Below are positions 19,064-28,549 of a stretch of 38,372 bases of DNA, one piece after another (position 1 is the stretch's first letter; each line of letters begins with the position of its first letter). Location: IMG/VR virus record IMGVR_UViG_2718218129_000003; one strand, 5' to 3'. The DNA comes from a virus. Its lineage: Duplodnaviria > Heunggongvirae > Uroviricota > Caudoviricetes. The position numbers were made by a program, and so were the translations under genes. Below the pieces are notes generated by a model, which did not search any database, was not told the DNA's origin, and was given only the letters and a program-made list of their open reading frames with translations.

Positions 19064-19259
19064 AGTCCTCCCGCGAGATCTGCCCGTCGCGCAGAAGCTG
19101 GTAGGCTTTGTGTTTGTAGTACCAGTTGATAGCCAGCATCAGCACACCGATCATCAGGCCGCCCAGCGTTGAGGCATCCTTGATGGACAAATCGCCCAGC
19201 CAGGCCAGCACGACGGCGATGCAATACGTGATAAAGGCGCTGATTCGCTCAAGCGTCAT
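19044..19259 (-). CDS. Y: Holin
   Basis: 71-aa protein with two TM helices and a charged C-terminus, directly upstream of the endolysin. Confidence 0.75.
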   Translation of the reverse strand: MTLERISAFITYCIAVVLAWLGDLSIKDASTLGGLMIGVLMLAINWYYKHKAYQLLRDGQISREDYESINR

Positions 19260-19262
19260 AAT

Positions 19263-19466
19263 TCAGTCCCATAGCTGGACGGTCTGCACGGTGGTGGTGG
19301 TCGGAATGTCCGGCAGCTCCACCTGCAGCCCTTGAGGTAAAAAGGGGCCGTATTCGGCAAGCCCCGGATTTGCCTTCAGTACCTGCTCCGTGACACCCTG
19401 CGTGCGCCCGTAATGACGCCAGCAAAGCGCGTCCACCGTGTCATACTGATGCGCACGCACTTTCAT
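19263..19466 (-). CDS. X: Tail protein X
   Basis: 67-aa ORF between L and the holin. Same size and position as P2 gpX. Confidence 0.8.
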   Translation of the reverse strand: MKVRAHQYDTVDALCWRHYGRTQGVTEQVLKANPGLAEYGPFLPQGLQVELPDIPTTTTVQTVQLWD

Positions 19467-19993
19467 CAGATAAGCTCCACAGTGCAGTGCGGCGCATCCT
19501 GTACCCGGCTGATGGCCCAGCGGGCGTCACGCCATAAATCACCGCTGGCTTCCGCCAGTTCCTCGCCCCGCTTCACACCGGATGCCGTGGCGTCATAGTC
19601 CTGGTAACGTTCGTTGAGCATGGCGCGTGCCCAGCAGTAAACCGCGTTGAAATAGTGCTGAATGCGCTCACTTTTCCCATCCAGCTGTTCTGCCGGAACC
19701 TCTGCCAGCGAGGCATATCCCAGCATCTGCTGGCGTCTGCGAAACTCATACAGCTCTGCGTTGACCTCCGAAATTGCCGACAGGGCAACCTGTTTTAAAC
19801 GCGGCTGCGTCACCGTGCCGTCAGTGCGCATCACACTGCGAAACTCCGACAGGTCCACATCAGGCCAGAACGGCGTATTTCTGATGATTTCCGCCTGTTC
19901 CGGTGCCTGTTCTGGCGCAACAAACATCATGCGGCTTTCTCCTGAAATAGAGGGCGGTGGACGGGGTTTTGATGTGGCAGTGCCTTTCGCCAC
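19466..19993 (-). CDS. L: Head completion / stabilisation protein L
   Basis: Syntenic ORF; the true start may be an internal Met. Confidence 0.8.
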   Translation of the reverse strand: MAKGTATSKPRPPPSISGESRMMFVAPEQAPEQAEIIRNTPFWPDVDLSEFRSVMRTDGTVTQPRLKQVALSAISEVNAELYEFRRRQQMLGYASLAEVPAEQLDGKSERIQHYFNAVYCWARAMLNERYQDYDATASGVKRGEELAEASGDLWRDARWAISRVQDAPHCTVELI

Positions 19994-20025
19994 CCCGTGC
20001 CGCCCGTGCGCGGGGGCACGTTCTG

Positions 20026-20676
20026 TCAGCGGCTGTCATTGCGCAGTCTGCGCTCCAGCTGCTGTTTGTCTTTTTTCACGCCACAGCGGGGATCGAGCTG
20101 TAACGCATGGTTGAGATGATTAAGGGCGGAAGCCGGGTTGCTTTCACTCAGGACAGCGCCAATCGCTTTATGCAGACGCGCCCGTGACTGGTCCGGCATA
20201 TCCAGACCGTCTGTCAGCTCCAGCGTCTGCAGCAACAGATCGGCATCAAAGCCGGTGGCGGCAAGCATTGCGCTCTGCGCCGCGTCTGCCATTTCCTCTG
20301 CCAGCACGGTCTGCACATTGCGATTACCCAGCGGCATCACCCAGCCATGACGCAGGGCATGACGCCCGATCTCCAGCGCCCCGGCATAATCTCCGGCATC
20401 AATGCGCCACAGCATCACGTACATCAGCACGTCATCCTGTTGAGCGCCTCCGGCAGCCAGGACACCCTCTGCCCAGGCGACGTATTTCGGCAGCAGCTCC
20501 ACCTTGATTTCCGCTTTTTTGACCGTGGACTGAACGCCCTTGAGACGGCGGCGGTCTTCCGCCAGTTGCAGCAGCATCAGGTCATAGCCCGACGCGTGGC
20601 GAACACTGCCGCCCTCACGGGCGGCCTGTTCAGCCTGAACGCGCAGGCGATGCTGCCGTGCGGGACTCAGGCTCAT
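20026..20676 (-). CDS. M: Terminase endonuclease (small) subunit M
   Basis: 216-aa ORF downstream of the capsid gene. Confidence 0.8.
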   Translation of the reverse strand: MSLSPARQHRLRVQAEQAAREGGSVRHASGYDLMLLQLAEDRRRLKGVQSTVKKAEIKVELLPKYVAWAEGVLAAGGAQQDDVLMYVMLWRIDAGDYAGALEIGRHALRHGWVMPLGNRNVQTVLAEEMADAAQSAMLAATGFDADLLLQTLELTDGLDMPDQSRARLHKAIGAVLSESNPASALNHLNHALQLDPRCGVKKDKQQLERRLRNDSR

Positions 20677-20679
20677 GAA

Positions 20680-21738
20680 TTACGCTCCGGCTTCTGCTGC
20701 AGCGGCGCTGAAATCGCCAATCTGGATGTTTTCCACCAGTGCGGCGCAGCGGTAGTCCTCAACCACATAGGCTTCGTTAACGGATTCAAAGTTTTCAATC
20801 CGGTCACGTTTCGGGTTGTCGATAACTGAACGGCGGCGGGTGTCTTCCTGCCAGTAGATGGACAGGTTATCCAGGCGGGTGATCAGCAGCGCATTCGGCG
20901 GGAAGAACGGCGCACGCACGGCCTGCAGGCCCCCCATGCGTTTCTGACTGATGATCATATCGGCAGCCAGTTTTTCACTGTTTTCCTGCTCTTTGTTGAC
21001 CAGCGGGAAATACTTGTCAGACAACAGTTCACGACCGCAAATCACCACCAGATCGTCATCGTCCTGGTAAACCACGTCGATAAGCTCATTGACCGCATCC
21101 ATCACCACAGCGTCCAGGTTGGCATATTCGCCACCTTTCCCGACTTTCACCGCACCCGGTGTGGTTTCACCGCCCGTGGTGGTACTGCCCATGACGTGAT
21201 CCGGTGCATCCTCACGGATTTTCTGCAGCCAGCCTTTGTTCACATCCTGCAGCAGCGGGTTTTCGCTACGGTTGGAGGTTTTCGCACGCTTCACGCCGTT
21301 AAAGCCGATCATGATGCGGTCCAGTGCCTGACGTTTCACGATGGCGTTACGGATACGCACCTGGAAATCCTGAAACTTCGCCCACAGGTCCAGCTTCGCG
21401 TAGGTCAGCACCGTGTCAAAGTTGGTCTGCTCGCATTTATATTCCACATCGACCATCAGCGTCGGATCGACAGGCTCACGCTCTTTTGCGGTGGTATCAG
21501 TGGTTCCGGCAATGGTGCTGCCAACCCCCAGCCCCAGCAACTGCCCAGACTGCTCAGTCACTGGCGTGACGTTAATCAGCGTCAGGAAAGCGGCGGACTG
21601 CTGGATCTGGTCTTCCAGCGTCTGCTGTACAGACGGCTCCACGGTGAACTTGCTGGACAGTTCTTCAACTGCCACACCGTTCAGACGCGCCAGCTGCTGC
21701 AGGTAAGCGTTAAAAGCAAAGCGGGTATTCTTCTTCAT
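20680..21738 (-). CDS. N: Major capsid protein N
   Basis: 352-aa ORF in the syntenic position. Confidence 0.85.
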   Translation of the reverse strand: MKKNTRFAFNAYLQQLARLNGVAVEELSSKFTVEPSVQQTLEDQIQQSAAFLTLINVTPVTEQSGQLLGLGVGSTIAGTTDTTAKEREPVDPTLMVDVEYKCEQTNFDTVLTYAKLDLWAKFQDFQVRIRNAIVKRQALDRIMIGFNGVKRAKTSNRSENPLLQDVNKGWLQKIREDAPDHVMGSTTTGGETTPGAVKVGKGGEYANLDAVVMDAVNELIDVVYQDDDDLVVICGRELLSDKYFPLVNKEQENSEKLAADMIISQKRMGGLQAVRAPFFPPNALLITRLDNLSIYWQEDTRRRSVIDNPKRDRIENFESVNEAYVVEDYRCAALVENIQIGDFSAAAAEAGA

Positions 21739-21754
21739 CAGGTTTTGTGCTCCA

Positions 21755-22588
21755 TCAGCAATTGGTCAGAGTGTCAGCGGGGGCGTTACCGCCTGTTGCA
21801 CGCTGGCGGTAGTCCTGGCGGCTGTCTTCATGGCTCAGCTTATTCACCAGTTCGTTAAAGGCGGTTTGCTGCTCCTGCAGAGCAGTCTCCAGCTCAGACA
21901 GGCGTTCTTCCTGCTCAGACAGGGATTTTTCGGTGCGTGCGCTCAGGTTCTGCTGCTCAGTGGCGACCAGCTCCACGGCTTTATGCACATCAGAGAACCG
22001 GGCATCGTCTGACTGCTCTTTTTTGGTGAACAGCGCCGTGACGCGGGCAAACAGGGACGGTTTGTCATCCTGGATTTCTTCCAGTTCGATCACCGTTTCC
22101 TCTGCAGCGGTAAAGAGATTGGCGGGATTCTGCTTGCGGTTTGCCAGCGGGTTATGGGCTGCACTGGCGCTGAATGTCAGCATTTCCGTACCCAGACTGG
22201 CAGGGTCATCAGTGGCAGCCAGGCCGACCAGGTAGGCTTTGCCCGTATCAGCGAACTTCGGGCTGACTTCCATAGAGGTGAATAATTTCTGGCCTTTTTT
22301 CACCAGTTCCACCAGGGACTCCGTTGGCTCAACATCGGCATACAGCGCCATCTTGCCTGCCAGCGGACCTTCCGTGATTTCTTCAGCAAACAGCGCCGTC
22401 ACCTTGCCGTAGCGGTTAAAGGTGCTGTCCGGCAGATAAGACTTGATGTGCTCAAGGTTAATCAGCGCGGTATACACCGCCGGGTTGTAGCTGGCTGCCA
22501 TCTGTTCCAGCCATTCACGCTGGATTTCGCGTCCGTCGGTGGTGGCACCTTCCACCCCGATGCGAAAACGCTTTGCTTTCACTGTCAT
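21755..22588 (-). CDS. O: Capsid scaffolding protein O
   Basis: 277-aa ORF with an acidic, coiled-coil C-terminal region. Confidence 0.85.
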   Translation of the reverse strand: MTVKAKRFRIGVEGATTDGREIQREWLEQMAASYNPAVYTALINLEHIKSYLPDSTFNRYGKVTALFAEEITEGPLAGKMALYADVEPTESLVELVKKGQKLFTSMEVSPKFADTGKAYLVGLAATDDPASLGTEMLTFSASAAHNPLANRKQNPANLFTAAEETVIELEEIQDDKPSLFARVTALFTKKEQSDDARFSDVHKAVELVATEQQNLSARTEKSLSEQEERLSELETALQEQQTAFNELVNKLSHEDSRQDYRQRATGGNAPADTLTNC

Positions 22589-22666
22589 GAGCCGTGCTCC
22601 GTTAGAAAAAACTTACTGGAGCCTTATGGTTGCGGTGATGGGGGCAGTGAAACAATGCGCGGTATT

Positions 22667-22684
22667 TGTACCGACAACCACACA
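22667..22684. promoter_or_regulatory. Candidate Ogr-dependent late promoter dyad in the divergent O/P control region
   Basis: TGTACCGACAACCACACA (TGT-N12-ACA) in the 142-bp gap between divergent O and P. Confidence 0.35.
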
Positions 22685-22730
22685 AACCGCAGGCGGGGAA
22701 AGCCTTCATTCAAGGCTGTAGGTTTGTGCC

Positions 22731-24497
22731 ATGAACACCACACTGACACCCGCAGATCTCGATCCCCGTCGGCAGGCCATGCTGCTGTACTTTCAGGGAT
22801 ACCGCGTAGCCCGCATTGCTGAAATGCTGGGCGAGAAAGTTGCAACCGTTCACAGCTGGAAAAAACGCGACAAGTGGGGTGACTATGGGCCGCTGGATCA
22901 GATGCAGCTCACCACCGCCGCACGCTACTGCCAGCTCATTATGAAGGAGCACAAAGAAGGGAAAGATTTCAAAGAGATTGACCTGCTGGCGCGCCAGTCG
23001 GAGCGCCATGCGCGGATCGGCAAGTTTAACAATGGCGGCAACGAAGCCGACTTAAACCCTAACGTCGCCAACCGCAACAAAGGCCCGCGCCGTCAGCCGG
23101 AAAAGAACGTTTTCACCGATGAACAGATTGAGAAGCTGGAAGAAATCTTCCATTCCTCCATGTTCAACTACCAGCGCCACTGGTGGGAAGCCGGAAAAAC
23201 CAACCGCATCCGCAACCTGCTGAAGTCACGCCAGATCGGCGCGACCTTTTACTTTGCCCGTGAAGCCCTGATTGACGCCCTGCTTACCGGACGTAACCAG
23301 ATTTTCCTTTCTGCCAGTAAGGCACAGGCTCACGTCTTTAAGCAGTACATCATAGACTTCGCCAAAGAAGTCGAGGTGGAGCTGAAAGGCGATCCGATGG
23401 TGCTTCCTAACGGAGCCACGCTTTACTTCCTCGGCACCAATGCCCGCACGGCCCAGAGTTATCACGGCAACCTGTATCTGGATGAATATTTCTGGATACC
23501 GAAATTCCAGGAGCTGCGCAAAGTGGCTTCCGGTATGGCTATTCACAAAAAATGGCGACAAACCTATTTTTCCACGCCATCCAGCCTGACACACAGTGCT
23601 TATCCGTTCTGGTCCGGTGCGCTATTCAACCGTGGGCGCAACAAAGCCGATAAGGTGGACATCGACCTGTCCCACAGCAATCTGGCCCCCGGCCTGCTGT
23701 GCGCAGACGGGCAATACCGCCAGATAGTCACCGTGGAAGATGCGGTGCGCGGCGGCTGTAACCTGTTCGACCTTGACCAGTTGCGCATGGAGTACAGCCC
23801 GGACGAATACCAGAACCTGCTGATGTGCGAGTTTGTGGACGATCTCGCGTCCGTGTTTCCGCTCAGCGAGCTGCAGGCGTGCATGGTGGACAGCTGGGAA
23901 GTCTGGACCGACTTTCATGCACTGGCGCTGCGCCCGTTTGGCTGGCGCGAGGTGTGGATCGGTTATGACCCGGCAAAAGGTACGCAGAACGGCGATAGTG
24001 CCGGATGCGTGGTGGTGGCTCCGCCAGCCGTGCCGGGTGGTAAGTTCCGCATTCTTGAGCGTCACCAGTGGCGCGGGATGGACTTCCGCGCCCAGGCTGA
24101 CGCCATCAAAAAACTGACCGAACAGTATAACGTGACCTATATCGGCATCGACTCGACCGGCGTCGGTCACGGGGTTTACGAGAACGTGAAAGCGTTTTTT
24201 CCTGCCGTCAGGGAGTTTGTCTACAACCCCAACGTTAAAAACGCCCTGGTACTCAAGGCCTACGACATTATCAGCCACCGCCGTCTGGAGTTTGACGCCG
24301 GGCACACCGACATTGCGCAGTCATTTATGGCAATCCGTCGCGCTACCACTGCCAGTGGCAACCGCCCGACCTATGAAGCCAGCCGCAGCGAAGAAGCCAG
24401 CCATGCCGATCTGGCCTGGGCAACAATGCACGCACTGTTTAACGAACCGCTGCAGGGCGAATACGCCAATACCAGCAATATTGTGGAGATTTTTTGA
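22731..24497 (+). CDS. P: Terminase ATPase (large) subunit P
   Basis: 588-aa ORF divergent from O. N-terminus …LDPRRQAMLLYFQGYRVARIAEMLG… resembles P2 gpP. Confidence 0.9.
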   Translation: MNTTLTPADLDPRRQAMLLYFQGYRVARIAEMLGEKVATVHSWKKRDKWGDYGPLDQMQLTTAARYCQLIMKEHKEGKDFKEIDLLARQSERHARIGKFNNGGNEADLNPNVANRNKGPRRQPEKNVFTDEQIEKLEEIFHSSMFNYQRHWWEAGKTNRIRNLLKSRQIGATFYFAREALIDALLTGRNQIFLSASKAQAHVFKQYIIDFAKEVEVELKGDPMVLPNGATLYFLGTNARTAQSYHGNLYLDEYFWIPKFQELRKVASGMAIHKKWRQTYFSTPSSLTHSAYPFWSGALFNRGRNKADKVDIDLSHSNLAPGLLCADGQYRQIVTVEDAVRGGCNLFDLDQLRMEYSPDEYQNLLMCEFVDDLASVFPLSELQACMVDSWEVWTDFHALALRPFGWREVWIGYDPAKGTQNGDSAGCVVVAPPAVPGGKFRILERHQWRGMDFRAQADAIKKLTEQYNVTYIGIDSTGVGHGVYENVKAFFPAVREFVYNPNVKNALVLKAYDIISHRRLEFDAGHTDIAQSFMAIRRATTASGNRPTYEASRSEEASHADLAWATMHALFNEPLQGEYANTSNIVEIF

Positions 24498-25531
24498 TGG
24501 GAAAGAGTAAGAAGAACCGAGCTGCGGCGACGAAACAGATCCAGCTTAAAAGTCAAACTACAGCCGAAGCATTCAGCTTCGGCGATCCCGTTCCTGTTCT
24601 GGACCGCCGTGAACTGCTGGACTATGTGGAATGCGTACAGATGGACCGTTGGTATGAGCCGCCCGTCAGCTTTGACGGACTGGCGCGCACCTTCCGCGCC
24701 GCCGTGCATCACAGTTCCCCGATTGCAGTAAAGTGCAACATTCTGACCAGTACCTATATCCCTCATCCGCTGCTCAGCCAGCAGGCTTTTTCGCGTTTTG
24801 TGCAGGACTATCTGGTATTTGGTAACGCCTACCTGGAGAAACGCACGAACCGATTCGGTGAAGTTATCGCTCTTGAGCCTGCGCTTGCAAAATACACCCG
24901 ACGCGGATTAGACCTGGATACCTACTGGTTTGTGCAATACGGTATGACAACCCTGCCGTATCAGTTCACGAAAGGCAGCATTTTTCATCTGATGGAACCG
25001 GACATCAACCAGGAGATCTACGGCCTGCCCGGTTATCTTTCTGCCATTCCGTCAGCCCTGCTCAACGAGTCCGCCACGCTGTTCCGCCGCAAGTATTACA
25101 TTAACGGTAGCCATGCAGGCTTCATCATGTATATGACCGATGCCGCGCAGAACCAGGAAGATGTGAACAACCTCCGCAACGCAATGAAAAGCGCCAAAGG
25201 CCCTGGCAACTTCCGCAATCTGTTTATGTACTCGCCTAACGGCAAAAAGGACGGACTTCAGATTATCCCGTTGTCAGAGGTCGCAGCGAAAGATGAGTTT
25301 TTGAATATCAAGAACGTGAGTCGGGATGACATGATGGCAGCACATCGTGTGCCGCCGCAAATGATGGGGATTATGCCGAGTAATGTTGGGGGGTTTGGGG
25401 ATGTGGAGAAAGCCAGCCGCGTCTTTGTTCGCAACGAGTTGATACCTCTGCAGAAGCGCCTTCAGGAATTGAACGACTGGCTTGGAGAAGAAGTCATGCG
25501 TTTTGAAGATTATAATTTAGGTATTGAATGA
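24494..25531 (+). CDS. Q: Portal protein Q
   Basis: 345-aa ORF overlapping the P stop by 4 nt. Confidence 0.9.
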   Translation: MMGKSKKNRAAATKQIQLKSQTTAEAFSFGDPVPVLDRRELLDYVECVQMDRWYEPPVSFDGLARTFRAAVHHSSPIAVKCNILTSTYIPHPLLSQQAFSRFVQDYLVFGNAYLEKRTNRFGEVIALEPALAKYTRRGLDLDTYWFVQYGMTTLPYQFTKGSIFHLMEPDINQEIYGLPGYLSAIPSALLNESATLFRRKYYINGSHAGFIMYMTDAAQNQEDVNNLRNAMKSAKGPGNFRNLFMYSPNGKKDGLQIIPLSEVAAKDEFLNIKNVSRDDMMAAHRVPPQMMGIMPSNVGGFGDVEKASRVFVRNELIPLQKRLQELNDWLGEEVMRFEDYNLGIE

Positions 25532-25536
25532 TATTT

Positions 25537-25567
25537 AAAAGCCTGTACAAACAGGCTTTTATTCTTT
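25537..25567. terminator. Bidirectional hairpin terminator between Q and the cargo operon
   Basis: AAAAGCCTGT-ACAA-ACAGGCTTTT, with A-runs on one side and T-runs on the other. Confidence 0.55.
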
Positions 25568-25600
25568 AGTTTAAAATCACCAAGACATGAGCATTAAAAC

Positions 25601-26266
25601 TTAAAGATCCGGATCTACAGGCTCATGATATAGATTTACAGGGTAATGAATAACTTCATAATTCAGTTGAGTAACTGTGTGAACATGCTGGCTATAAAAA
25701 ACCAATGGATTTTTTTGACAAGGAGTAATCGTTATAGATTTACAGGCATGAATTCTTGGTGCGAATTTATCTAAATGCGCCTTCCAGTTGCTCATCATTT
25801 CATTACATTTTCTATTACGAGTATAGATAATCAATCCACCACTTGCGCTGTCTACGGTCCCTGTACTATATCGTTCAGTGAGTTGAGCATACCCTTTAAA
25901 TAAATAACTATATGAAGATGTATGTTTTTTGGCTTCGCCATGCCAAATATAATCCTTTAGTTTTATTGTAATATCACAATGTCCGCGCTGATTATTTTCA
26001 TGAAATGCTTCAATGCCCATATCTTTATTTTTGATATTGGCCAATAAAATTAAAGTAAGCTGATCTTCTGTTAAATCGAAGTTTAACTTATTTGAATTCT
26101 CTTCTATTTCCTTTACAGCAGAATCAAGTTCAATCCTGACAAATTGTTTGAAATTATCGTACGATTGAAGTGCAAATCTAACACGAGTAATAGAAGCATT
26201 AATACGCTGAAGAAAAATATCATTATCAATATCAGCCAAACTCATTGCTGCAGACATTTTTAACAT
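25601..26266 (-). CDS. Hypothetical protein, third gene of an AT-rich three-gene cargo operon
   Basis: 221-aa ORF sharing one nucleotide with the upstream gene. No recognised family. Contains a D-x13-E-x-K pattern (HCDITIKLKDYIWHGEAKK). Confidence 0.6.
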   Translation of the reverse strand: MLKMSAAMSLADIDNDIFLQRINASITRVRFALQSYDNFKQFVRIELDSAVKEIEENSNKLNFDLTEDQLTLILLANIKNKDMGIEAFHENNQRGHCDITIKLKDYIWHGEAKKHTSSYSYLFKGYAQLTERYSTGTVDSASGGLIIYTRNRKCNEMMSNWKAHLDKFAPRIHACKSITITPCQKNPLVFYSQHVHTVTQLNYEVIHYPVNLYHEPVDPDL

Positions 26267-26712
26267 CAGATAATATCCTTTGATTTAGATTCATCTAATG
26301 TAAAAAAAGGAAATACGAATGACTTATAGTCATACATAAGCTCCCCTGTAAATGGGTTTACTAAAGATTGACTGATTTCCGCCTCAATAACTTCCTCTAT
26401 TTCAAGTTCTACAGGGTCATGAAAATCATCAATGAACCAATAATTGAGTTTTAAAAAATCAACCTTTGGGCTACAAAGAATTTGTATGGCCGGATAGATA
26501 ACCTGCTCATACGTTTCTGGCTGTAAAACCTTATTATAACCACCAGCTATATTAAATAAATCCTTATAACTTAAAGCTATATTTGATGATTTTTTAGCCC
26601 TTGCCTCGATTTCATCGTACAAATAGCAAGCTAACGCCCCAATTTCAGGGCGTTCTGCACACATTTCTTTGATGATCTTGGGCATATCACCATCCTTCAT
26701 TGCTGACTCCAA
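26266..26712 (-). CDS. Hypothetical acidic protein, second gene of the cargo operon
   Basis: 148-aa ORF whose start abuts the stop of the 371-aa gene. No recognised family. Confidence 0.6.
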   Translation of the reverse strand: MESAMKDGDMPKIIKEMCAERPEIGALACYLYDEIEARAKKSSNIALSYKDLFNIAGGYNKVLQPETYEQVIYPAIQILCSPKVDFLKLNYWFIDDFHDPVELEIEEVIEAEISQSLVNPFTGELMYDYKSFVFPFFTLDESKSKDII

Positions 26713-27819
26713 TTATAATATCAGCTTTGTGAGGGTTTCGAAATCATCTTTGGATATACATTTACTTAATATAGCATAGTTAACAGGAGAGCAACTACTC
26801 CCTCCTAGATGCCTGCGGAGTGTTCCCGGAATGATAAGCTCTACGTTATCCGCTAATTGCAGTTTTGGATTATTTCTATCAACTCTAATTCCAATACGAT
26901 ACAAACCAATACTGCCTACTGCTTTGATGCCTTCCTTATTAAACAAATCATCACGTAAGTCTTTAGTGGCCACATTTTTCTTTTCTTTATGCGTAGTCCC
27001 CTCATTCGTCAAAAATGACAAATCAAAGACTTTATAGCTTAATTTTGAATAAGGCAATGAATTTTGTTTGAAAATTGGCTCAATTAACGGATAAAAATCT
27101 TTTTCCGATGATTTAAATTCATAACCGACATGATTATACAATTCACGAATAATGTTACTCTTTGCAAAAGTAACATTATCACCAATAATATTACCATTAG
27201 TATCTACCAAAACATGAATTTTATTAGTAACAGAGTCTAATATACAGACATCAAAACATTGTCGCTTTTCTTTTCGCTTTGCAATAATTTCATCAAACTG
27301 CTTGTATTGCGCAAGTGCTGACGGGGGAATTTTTTCTCTTACAACTAATTCTCTGACAGATGAAAAAACAAGTATTGACTGGGTGTTTTGAATAGAATAA
27401 TTAACAAGTTCAGGTTGATTTTTTACAGCATTTTGCAATTGGACATCATCAAGGATCGAATCAACCAATAATGATGGTTGATTCATCAAATTCCATTGAA
27501 AACTAAATCTGTCATTTAGTGTTTTAATTACACTATTATCTACAGTCAAACTAAATATTGCTTTTTCACCATAAACGACCTGACCAAAAATTAGGTCATT
27601 TACGTTTGCCATAATGCCATCAAACTTTTGCCTATCTTTACTTTTAAGATCAATGAGGCTTTCTAGTATTTTTTCGTTTGTTGCTTCACGCCCCCTACCT
27701 GTTGGCAGCCCTAAAGACGCAATAATTGGCCTTGCAACGTTCCATGTGAAACGTTCAGTTAAGGTCAAGATCGACTTTAACTCAGACTCAGAAAGCACTA
27801 CTGGGACACTACCTGTCAT
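26713..27819 (-). CDS. Hypothetical protein, first gene of the cargo operon
   Basis: Start placed at the ATG preceded by AGGTG (the ORF track starts at GTG 27828). About 368 aa, no Walker A motif, no recognised family. Confidence 0.6.
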   Translation of the reverse strand: MTGSVPVVLSESELKSILTLTERFTWNVARPIIASLGLPTGRGREATNEKILESLIDLKSKDRQKFDGIMANVNDLIFGQVVYGEKAIFSLTVDNSVIKTLNDRFSFQWNLMNQPSLLVDSILDDVQLQNAVKNQPELVNYSIQNTQSILVFSSVRELVVREKIPPSALAQYKQFDEIIAKRKEKRQCFDVCILDSVTNKIHVLVDTNGNIIGDNVTFAKSNIIRELYNHVGYEFKSSEKDFYPLIEPIFKQNSLPYSKLSYKVFDLSFLTNEGTTHKEKKNVATKDLRDDLFNKEGIKAVGSIGLYRIGIRVDRNNPKLQLADNVELIIPGTLRRHLGGSSCSPVNYAILSKCISKDDFETLTKLIL

Positions 27820-27978
27820 AACTTGCACCTAGTCATCCAAAAAGCAATAAGAATTTGCTCTTGTCTTAATTTATCCTTCGATACCTAACAAATTACCTCA
27901 ATGTTGAAAAAATTTGCAAGCCATTTGCTTCTAAAAAGCGACCTTACTCAGAGTGTTACAAAACTAAGCGAGCGCGCG

Positions 27979-27997
27979 CTCGTATCCCCGCCACGCC
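27979..27997. other. Candidate cos (cohesive end) site
   Basis: The reverse complement GGCGTGGCGGGGATACGAG matches the first 13 nt of the P2/186 19-nt cohesive end as I recall it (GGCG(A/T)GGCGGGGAAAGCA.). Adjacent palindrome CGAGCGCGCGCTCG. Confidence 0.4.
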
Positions 27998-28549
27998 TGC
28001 CCGCTTTATGCAGTGATTTTCATGCACCTGCATGACATAAGCGAAAGCCCGCCAGTTCTGGGGGGCCTCAGCAAAAACGATCCTCAAACGATCATGCAAT
28101 TTCATGCAGCATAGTCATGCACAGCCAAGAGAAGTGAAAATCCGTATCTGAATGACCACTTAAAAAACGAAATATACGGGTTTACAAACATGGAGGTTCA
28201 CTGTGAGCGAAGAGCGGAAGTTGCCTTAATTAGGTTACATGGGGGACAAATGTTACTAGCATGATTATGCGGGATACTTACAATACCACGCCTTAATTGC
28301 TTTGTTATCCCACCAGAAAGTCATGGAGCCGCAACTGATAAGAAAATTGTTGTAAAAGTGCCAGTTGGTTACTCTGAATTTCTGCTTAGCCAGGAGAGTG
28401 CCTGCGTTGTCAGCGAATGCGTAAGTTGATCCTTCAATGCAGAAATAGTTCAATTTATTAAACAACACTCCTGGCGGGATTAACGCCGCATCTATAATGC
28501 GTGAGAGTGTGCATGCGCAATTTCAGCAAAAAAATTGAAAATAGCGCTA

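Noticed and set aside
28265-28468. 67-aa ORF between the cos-like site and darG
   Set aside because: No convincing translation signals and no recognisable features; it sits in noncoding DNA next to cos.
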